64,000 nucleotides of DNA from an uncultured bacterium (lineage in GTDB: Bacteria; Omnitrophota; Gorgyraeia; Duberdicusellales; CBEUCJ01): NCBI GenBank assembly GCA_965541615.1, contig CBEUCJ010000002.1:95795-159794 (forward strand), given 5' to 3'. Within the stretch, counting starts at the first letter, position 1; each line of letters starts with the position of its first letter. The notes beneath the pieces were generated by a model. The model was not told where the DNA came from. It did not search any database and worked only from the letters and a program-made list of their open reading frames with translations. Below, in pieces: positions 57,840 through 64,000 of this stretch. The position numbers and the translations under genes were made by a program.

Positions 57840-59102
57840 ATGCTTAAGATAGGTATATGCGGATTAGGTAATATTGGTGGAGAAGTCTTTAGATTACTGA
57901 CCAACAAAAATTTTCTTAAAGAGTTACCTTCCTCTATAAAAATAATCAAAGTATGTGATATAAATAAGACTATCAAAAAAAGATTAAAAATTCCTAATGA
58001 AATTTTTACTACAGATTTTAGAGAGTTAATTTTTTCAAAAGAAATAGATGTAATTGTAGAATTAATTGGTGGAAAAAATGTAGCTTTCAAGCTTATAAAA
58101 GAAGCTATAAAAAATAAAAAACATGTCGTTACAGCTAACAAATTTCTTTTAGCTTTTAAAGGAGAAGAGCTCTTTAAACAAGCTTCTAAGAATAAAGTAA
58201 ATATAGGTTTTGAAGCTTCAGTCTGTGGAGGAGTCCCTGTAATAAAAATTTTAAAGAGTTCTTTAAATTCAGACGAAATTCAAGAATTAAAAGGAATAAT
58301 TAATGGAACTACTAATTTTATTTTAAGTATGATGGAAGCTGAATCTGTAGAGTTTGAGGATGCCTTAAAAATTGCTCAAAAGAAAGGAATAGCAGAAAAA
58401 GACCCCTCTTTAGATATAACTGGCAAAGATTCTTTACACAAACTATGTATTCTTAACTTTTTATGCTTTGGAATCTGGATACATCCTAAAGACATTTACT
58501 GTGAAGGAATACAGAAAATATCTTTATTAGATATGATGTATGCTAAAGAATTAGGTTACTCTATTAAATTATTAGCTATTTCTCGTATAAAAAAGGGAAA
58601 TTTATTTACATATGTGGCACCCAGTTTAATTCCTTTAGACCACCCTTTAGCCAAAGTTTCTCAAGATTTTAATGCTTTATTTTTTAAGACCAAATTAAGA
58701 GGAGATTTGTTATTTTACGGTAAAGGAGCAGGCCCTTTACCTACTGCTGGTTCTGTGATTTCAGATATATTAGAGATTAAAGATTCTGAGAATATTTTTT
58801 TAAGAAAAAAGCAGAATAAAAAAATAAAGTTAGGAGATGTAGATTCTTTGCAGACAAGATTTTATATAAGATTTATAGCTGAAGATATTCCAGGAGTATT
58901 AGCAAAGATTTCATCTATTTTAGCTAAATATAAAATAAGTATAGCTTCTGTAACTCAAAAAGAAAGAAATCCTACAAAGTATGTACCAATTATAATGCTC
59001 ACACATTACGCAACTCCTAAAGCAGTGTTCAAAGCTTTAAAAGAAATAGATAAACTAAAAGTAATAAAACCCAGTTCTGTCTGTATTAGGATAGAAGATT
59101 GA
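57840..59102 (+). CDS. hom: Homoserine dehydrogenase (with ACT domain)
   Basis: GLGNIG, VVTANK, FEASVCGGVP, GIINGTTN, GKGAG, C-terminal ACT. Confidence 0.95.
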   Translation: MLKIGICGLGNIGGEVFRLLTNKNFLKELPSSIKIIKVCDINKTIKKRLKIPNEIFTTDFRELIFSKEIDVIVELIGGKNVAFKLIKEAIKNKKHVVTANKFLLAFKGEELFKQASKNKVNIGFEASVCGGVPVIKILKSSLNSDEIQELKGIINGTTNFILSMMEAESVEFEDALKIAQKKGIAEKDPSLDITGKDSLHKLCILNFLCFGIWIHPKDIYCEGIQKISLLDMMYAKELGYSIKLLAISRIKKGNLFTYVAPSLIPLDHPLAKVSQDFNALFFKTKLRGDLLFYGKGAGPLPTAGSVISDILEIKDSENIFLRKKQNKKIKLGDVDSLQTRFYIRFIAEDIPGVLAKISSILAKYKISIASVTQKERNPTKYVPIIMLTHYATPKAVFKALKEIDKLKVIKPSSVCIRIED

Positions 59103-59707
59103 AAAAAAGAATCCTTCTTACCTTTGGTCCCTGCGCAACCAAAATAGATAAGGTAAGGTTTATTTTAAATTCTTCTACAGGAGAAACAGGAAAAGAAATC
59201 TTAAAAGAATTGTTGAAAAGAAAATTAGAAATAGATTGTATTGTGTTCAAGGGATTGTTAAAAAAGAAAACAAAAGTTAATCTATTTGAGTATTTTTTCT
59301 TTGAAGAATTTAAATCTGTTTTTTTAAAATTACTTAAAAATAAAAAATATGATATAATTATACATTTGAGTGCTTTGCCTGATTTTAAATTAGAAAAAGA
59401 ATTTAAAAAAAAGATCGATTCAAAAAAACCTTTGATTTTAAAATTAATACCTACTGAGAAGTTAATAGACAAAATCAGAAAGTTTCAAAAAAAAGCTATT
59501 ATCTGTGGTTTTAAACTCAGTTTCTCAAAAAATATTTTGAAAAAAGCTTTAGAGTTAAAGAAAAGAGCCAAATTAAACATAGTAGTAGCTAATACCTATA
59601 ATGAAAAGAATAATTATAAAGCTTTAATAATAACAGAGAATAAAATTTTAGGGCCTTTTAATAGCAAAAGAATCTTAGCTAAAGAATTGATAAAAACGAT
59701 ATTATGA
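59099..59707 (+). CDS. coaB: Stand-alone phosphopantothenate--cysteine ligase (CoaB/DFP domain)
   Basis: TFGP..KIDKVRFILNSSTGETG, IIHLSALPDF, GFKL, VVAN; no CoaC flavoprotein domain. Confidence 0.75.
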   Translation: MKKRILLTFGPCATKIDKVRFILNSSTGETGKEILKELLKRKLEIDCIVFKGLLKKKTKVNLFEYFFFEEFKSVFLKLLKNKKYDIIIHLSALPDFKLEKEFKKKIDSKKPLILKLIPTEKLIDKIRKFQKKAIICGFKLSFSKNILKKALELKKRAKLNIVVANTYNEKNNYKALIITENKILGPFNSKRILAKELIKTIL

Positions 59708-60918
59708 AGTATATATTATTAGTTCCTGATGGAATGTTAGATACTCCATTAGAGATTTTAAATAATAAGACTCCTTTAGAGGTAGCTTCGACTCCTAACT
59801 TAGATAAGATTGCTTTTAAAGGAAGTGTAGGAAGGACTCAAACTATTCCTAAAGGTTTTCCTGCTTCTTCAGATGTAGCTAATATGAACATTTTAGGGTT
59901 AAATCCTTCTATTTATTATACAGGCAGAGGTCCTTTAGAAGCAGCTAACTTAGGAATAGATTTAGAACCAGATGATGTAGCTTTTAGAATGAATTTTGTG
60001 ACGATAGCTGATGGCATAATGCAAGATTATTCTGCAGGTCACATTAGAGATAATGAGACTCAGGTTTTAATAGAGCTTTTAAATGAAAAATTGGGCTCAG
60101 AGAATTTAAAGTTTTACAAAGGAAAGAGTTACAGAAACTTATGTATCTTTAAAAAAGGTAAATTGCTAAATTTACATAAGTTAAAGACTTTTGCTCCACA
60201 TGATATTTTAGGAAAAAAAATTAAAGAATTCTTACCTAAAGGAGAAAACTCACAAATCGTTTTAGAATTGATGCAGAACTCTGTAAAACTTTTAGAGGAC
60301 CATGAAATAAATAAGGTAAGGATAGATTTGGGAGAAAATCCTGCAAATATGATATGGTTATGGGGACAAGGTTTAAAACCTTCTTTGCCTTCTTTTGAAG
60401 AAAAATTTGGAATAAAAGGTGGCTTAATCAGTGCAGTAGATTTATTAAAAGGAATAGGTAAACTCATAGGTCTTAAAATAATTCAAGTCCCAGGAGTTAC
60501 TGGGTTTTATGATACAAATTTTGAAGGAAAAGCTGATTATGCTTTAAAAGCTTTAGAAGAGTTGGATTTTGTTTTTATACACTTAGAAGCTATAGATGAA
60601 GCTTCTCACAATCAAGATCTGCGTATGAAGATTCTTTGTATTGAAAAATTCGATAAACTTATCTTAGGAAAAATATTAAAAACTCTTGAAGAAAAAAGAG
60701 AAGATTTCAGACTTCTTGTATGTCCTGATCATTTTACTCCTCTGAATTTAAGGACACATACTGATTGGCCTGTAGGTTTTGTTATATATGGAAAAGGTAT
60801 CCCTCAGGATTTCATAAAAGAATTTAATGAAAAGACTATGAAAGAAAGCCCTCTGTTCGTAAAAGAAGCAAATATGTTAATGGATTTTCTGATAAAAGGA
60901 AAGTTACCTCAAAAATGA
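59704..60918 (+). CDS. apgM: Cofactor-independent phosphoglycerate mutase, ApgM family (proposed homoserine kinase group)
   Basis: PDGMLD, TPLE, SDVAN, YTGRGPLEA, SAGHI, EAIDEASH, PDHFTP, RTH. Confidence 0.88.
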   Translation: MKYILLVPDGMLDTPLEILNNKTPLEVASTPNLDKIAFKGSVGRTQTIPKGFPASSDVANMNILGLNPSIYYTGRGPLEAANLGIDLEPDDVAFRMNFVTIADGIMQDYSAGHIRDNETQVLIELLNEKLGSENLKFYKGKSYRNLCIFKKGKLLNLHKLKTFAPHDILGKKIKEFLPKGENSQIVLELMQNSVKLLEDHEINKVRIDLGENPANMIWLWGQGLKPSLPSFEEKFGIKGGLISAVDLLKGIGKLIGLKIIQVPGVTGFYDTNFEGKADYALKALEELDFVFIHLEAIDEASHNQDLRMKILCIEKFDKLILGKILKTLEEKREDFRLLVCPDHFTPLNLRTHTDWPVGFVIYGKGIPQDFIKEFNEKTMKESPLFVKEANMLMDFLIKGKLPQK

Positions 60919-62153
60919 AAAATTTAAGAGTATTAAAGTTTGGAGGAAGTTCAGTAGCTGATGTTGAAAAAATAAAGCATGTAGCCAAAATTATAGCTAA
61001 TTATAAAAAGAAAGGCTTTAAAGTAGTAGTGGTGGTATCGGCTATGGGAAATACAACTGATAATTTAATAGAATTAGCAAATAAAGTGAACCCTCATCCT
61101 GAGAAAAGAGAATTAGATATGTTATTAGCTACAGGTGAGCAAGTTTCAAGCGCACTTTTAGCTATGGCACTTCAAAATTTAGGATTAAAAGCTATAGCTT
61201 TTTCTGGTTATCAAGTAAAGATAATTACTGATAAGATTCATACAAAAGCTAGAATTATAACGATCGACACTAAAAGATTAAGAAAAGAATTGAATGAAGA
61301 TAAAATAGTAGTTGTAGCAGGTTTTCAAGGGATAAGTGCATACACCCAAGATATTACTACTTTAGGAAGGGGAGGTTCAGATTTAACAGCTGTAGCTTTA
61401 GCTTATGCTTTAAATGCAGATTTATGTGAAATTTATACAGATGTAGAAGGAATTTTTACAGCTGATCCTAAGATTGTAAAATCTGCTAGAAAATTAGATT
61501 TTGTAAGTTATGATGAGATGTTAGAGTTAGCTTCTACTGGAGCTCAAGTAATGCAGACTAGAAGTATAGAAGTAGCTAAAAAATTCAATGTAAAAATAGA
61601 AGTAAAAAGCACATTTTCAAAAAAAGGAGGAACCATGATAGGTAGGATTTCAAAAGAAATAGAAGCACCTCTAATCTCAGGAATATCTTTAAATACTAAA
61701 GAAGCTAAAATCACTATCTGTGGAGTTCCTGATAGACCAGGTATAGCTGCCAAAATCTTTAATGAGATTGCTAAAGAGAATATAAATGTAGATATGATAG
61801 TACAGAATGTCTCTCATAAAGGTTTAACTGATATTTCTTTTACTGTTTCTAAAGAAGATTTAGATAAAGCTTTTCAGATTGCTCAAAATGTAGCAAAAAA
61901 GATTAAAGCTCAAAATGTGTTAAAAGATGAAAATATAGCAAGAGTAAGTGTAGTAGGCATTGGTATGAAGACTCAGGCAGGTGTGGCAGGTAAGGTATTT
62001 AAGACTTTAGCAGAAAATAAGATAAATATTGAGATGATATCTACTTCTGAAATTAGTATATCTTGTATAATTAAAAAGCAAGATGCAAAAAAAGCAGTAT
62101 CAGCTTTACATAAAAGGTTCAAGTTAGATAAAATAAAAGTACAGAAAAAATGA
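60915..62153 (+). CDS. lysC: Aspartate kinase
   Basis: KFGGSSV, VVSAMG, TTLGRGGSD, DVEGIFTADP, two ACT domains. Confidence 0.95.
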   Translation: MKNLRVLKFGGSSVADVEKIKHVAKIIANYKKKGFKVVVVVSAMGNTTDNLIELANKVNPHPEKRELDMLLATGEQVSSALLAMALQNLGLKAIAFSGYQVKIITDKIHTKARIITIDTKRLRKELNEDKIVVVAGFQGISAYTQDITTLGRGGSDLTAVALAYALNADLCEIYTDVEGIFTADPKIVKSARKLDFVSYDEMLELASTGAQVMQTRSIEVAKKFNVKIEVKSTFSKKGGTMIGRISKEIEAPLISGISLNTKEAKITICGVPDRPGIAAKIFNEIAKENINVDMIVQNVSHKGLTDISFTVSKEDLDKAFQIAQNVAKKIKAQNVLKDENIARVSVVGIGMKTQAGVAGKVFKTLAENKINIEMISTSEISISCIIKKQDAKKAVSALHKRFKLDKIKVQKK

Positions 62154-63721
62154 AGGTTCAAATTTATGATACTACTTTAAGAGATGGCGCTCAAACTGAA
62201 GGAGTAAGTTATTCTTTAGAGGATAAGATAAAAATAGCTAAAAAATTAGATAGTTTTGGAATACATTTTATAGAAGGTGGATGGCCAACATCTAATCCTA
62301 AGGATTTTGAATTTTTTGAGTATTTTAAAAAGAACCCTTTAAAGAATGCAAAACTTGTGAGTTTTGGTTCAACAAGAAGGGCTAATGTAAGTGTAAGTGA
62401 AGATGAAAATTTAAGAGGATTGATTTCAGCAGGAACAGATTTTGTTACTATCTTTGGAAAAAGTTGGACTCTCCATGTAAAAGAAGTTTTAAAAACCTCT
62501 TTAGAAGAAAATTTAAAGATGATATATGAATCTGTTAGATTTTTAAAAAAGAAGAATAAAACAGTAATCTATGATGCTGAACATTTCTTTGATGGGTTTA
62601 AATCTGATTCAAATTATGCTTTAAAAACATTAGAATCTGCTTTAGAAGGAGGAGCTCACATTATAGTCTTATGTGATACAAATGGAGGAACTCTACCCAA
62701 TGAAATTGAAGATATAGTAAAAAAAGTAAGAAAAAAATTTCCAGATGTTACCTTAGGGATTCATGCTCATAATGATTCAGGGTTAGCAGTAGCAAATTCT
62801 ATAACAGCATTCTTAGCAGGCTGTGAGCACATTCAAGGAACTATTAATGGTTTAGGTGAAAGATGCGGAAATGCAGATTTATGTCAAATAATCCCTATTC
62901 TCAAGTTAAAATTAAATATCAATTTTATCCCTCTGAATAAATTAAAAAAATTAAAGGAACTTTCACATTTTGTAGCAGAAATCAGCAATTTAAAACCTGA
63001 CCCTCATCAACCTTTTGTAGGAGAATCTGCTTTTTCTCACAAAGGAGGAGTCCATATCAATGCTGTCTTAAAAATCCCTCAAAGTTATGAGCATATAAAT
63101 CCAGAGTTGGTAGGTAATCAAAGAAAGATTCTAATATCTGAAATCTCAGGAAAGACGAGTATCTTAAGTAAGATGAAAAAAATCAAAAAAGATTTAGAAA
63201 AGACTTCACCTGAAGTAAAAAAACTCCATAAAATAGTTCAAGAATTAGAAATGCAAGGTTATTCTTTTGAAGCAGCAGATGCCTCTTTTAAACTCCTTAC
63301 TTTAAAAGTCTTAGGGAAATATAAAAAGTTCTTTGAGATAATAAGTTTTAGAGTAATAGATGAGAATAGGAGAGGAGAATTAATTACAGAAGCCACAGTA
63401 AAAGTAGAAGTTAATGAAAAGAGGAAGTTAACTGTCTCAGAAGGAGTAGGTCCTGTCAATGCTTTAGATTCAGCTTTGAGGAAAGCTTTAGAAGCTGAGT
63501 TTCCTGTTTTGAAGAATATGCATTTGATAGATTTTAAAGTAAGAGTTTTAGATGAATCTGAAGGTACAGCTGCTAAAGTAAGGGTATTAACTACTTTTCA
63601 AGATGAAACCGAAACCTGGACTACAATCGGTGTCTCTGATAATATCATTCATGCTTCTTTTCAAGCTTTAATAGATGGTATAGAATACAAGTTGTTCAAA
63701 GAGTTTAAGATCTTAAGATAA
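62150..63721 (+). CDS. cimA: Citramalate synthase (bacterial CimA type)
   Basis: YDTTLRDGAQ, EGGWP.SNPKD, DAEHFFDG, HAHND, GERCGNA, HKGG, GPVNALD; follows lysC. Confidence 0.9.
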   Translation: MKVQIYDTTLRDGAQTEGVSYSLEDKIKIAKKLDSFGIHFIEGGWPTSNPKDFEFFEYFKKNPLKNAKLVSFGSTRRANVSVSEDENLRGLISAGTDFVTIFGKSWTLHVKEVLKTSLEENLKMIYESVRFLKKKNKTVIYDAEHFFDGFKSDSNYALKTLESALEGGAHIIVLCDTNGGTLPNEIEDIVKKVRKKFPDVTLGIHAHNDSGLAVANSITAFLAGCEHIQGTINGLGERCGNADLCQIIPILKLKLNINFIPLNKLKKLKELSHFVAEISNLKPDPHQPFVGESAFSHKGGVHINAVLKIPQSYEHINPELVGNQRKILISEISGKTSILSKMKKIKKDLEKTSPEVKKLHKIVQELEMQGYSFEAADASFKLLTLKVLGKYKKFFEIISFRVIDENRRGELITEATVKVEVNEKRKLTVSEGVGPVNALDSALRKALEAEFPVLKNMHLIDFKVRVLDESEGTAAKVRVLTTFQDETETWTTIGVSDNIIHASFQALIDGIEYKLFKEFKILR

Positions 63722-64000
63722 CATAGAGTTTATAATTTTAAGAATATCTTTTGTAAATATAATCTCCTTTAAATTTATTTTTTCATCTTTAGTATGAGCA
63801 GAAATTAATTCTCCTGGACCCCATACACATACTTTCCAATTAGCTTTTTTTAAATTACATGCATCTGTCCAGGATCTCATTTGGGTATATTTAGGTCTTA
63901 CTTTTTTCTTATAAAAAGCCTTTTTTAGAAATTGGATTATTTCTTCATCACATAAGAAAGGTTGAGTTTGTTCTCTTATTTTTATCTCTCCAAAATTTTT
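63713..64000 (-). CDS. M20 family metallopeptidase/deacylase, C-terminal part (partial)
   Basis: My minus-strand translation: ...QMRSWTDACNL...VWGPGELISAHTKDEKINL...*, i.e. the TD / GPG...AH..DE motifs of the ArgE/DapE/LysK family. Confidence 0.8.
   Translation of the reverse strand, partial: KNFGEIKIREQTQPFLCDEEIIQFLKKAFYKKKVRPKYTQMRSWTDACNLKKANWKVCVWGPGELISAHTKDEKINLKEIIFTKDILKIINSMLS

Noticed and set aside
1462-63459. Many short antisense or alternate-frame ORFs in the track (F/L/S/I-rich)
   Set aside because: They lie wholly within well-supported genes, and their composition is what the reverse complement of K/E-rich AT-rich codons produces; no RBS or motifs.

Overview
A very gene-dense, strongly AT-rich and purine-rich bacterial chromosome segment using the standard genetic code. 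It is almost entirely housekeeping genes on the + strand; only hup, a 60-aa basic ORF, a B12 radical SAM gene and a partial M20 peptidase are on the - strand. It carries envelope glycosyl genes, priA-fmt, ruvCA, aromatic and His biosynthesis, lepAB, recA-degP-recX-alaS, secDF, mfd, gatCAB, tsaD, tilS-ftsH-folP-cdaA, pdxJ-acpS-nnrD, cstA, gpsA and hom-coaB-apgM-lysC-cimA, plus 7 tRNA genes, none encoding CCA. Gene order and protein style suggest a diderm PVC-related lineage, probably Omnitrophota and possibly thermophilic (inference only). I found no mobile element, CRISPR array or rRNA. Most notable: (1) a two-gene module of a bactofilin fused to an excisionase-like HTH next to a tail-anchored membrane HTH protein, a candidate cytoskeleton-membrane-DNA tether; (2) a 36-aa TM-only CdaR-like micro-protein missing from the ORF track, directly after cdaA; (3) a minimal Mfd lacking its autoinhibitory domains; (4) a PriA lacking ATPase motifs; (5) RuvA without the acidic pin and without adjacent ruvB; (6) repeated leaderless or short-leader promoter geometry; (7) a frameshifted cupin pseudogene after tRNA-Met. 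All family assignments come from recalled motifs, not database searches.
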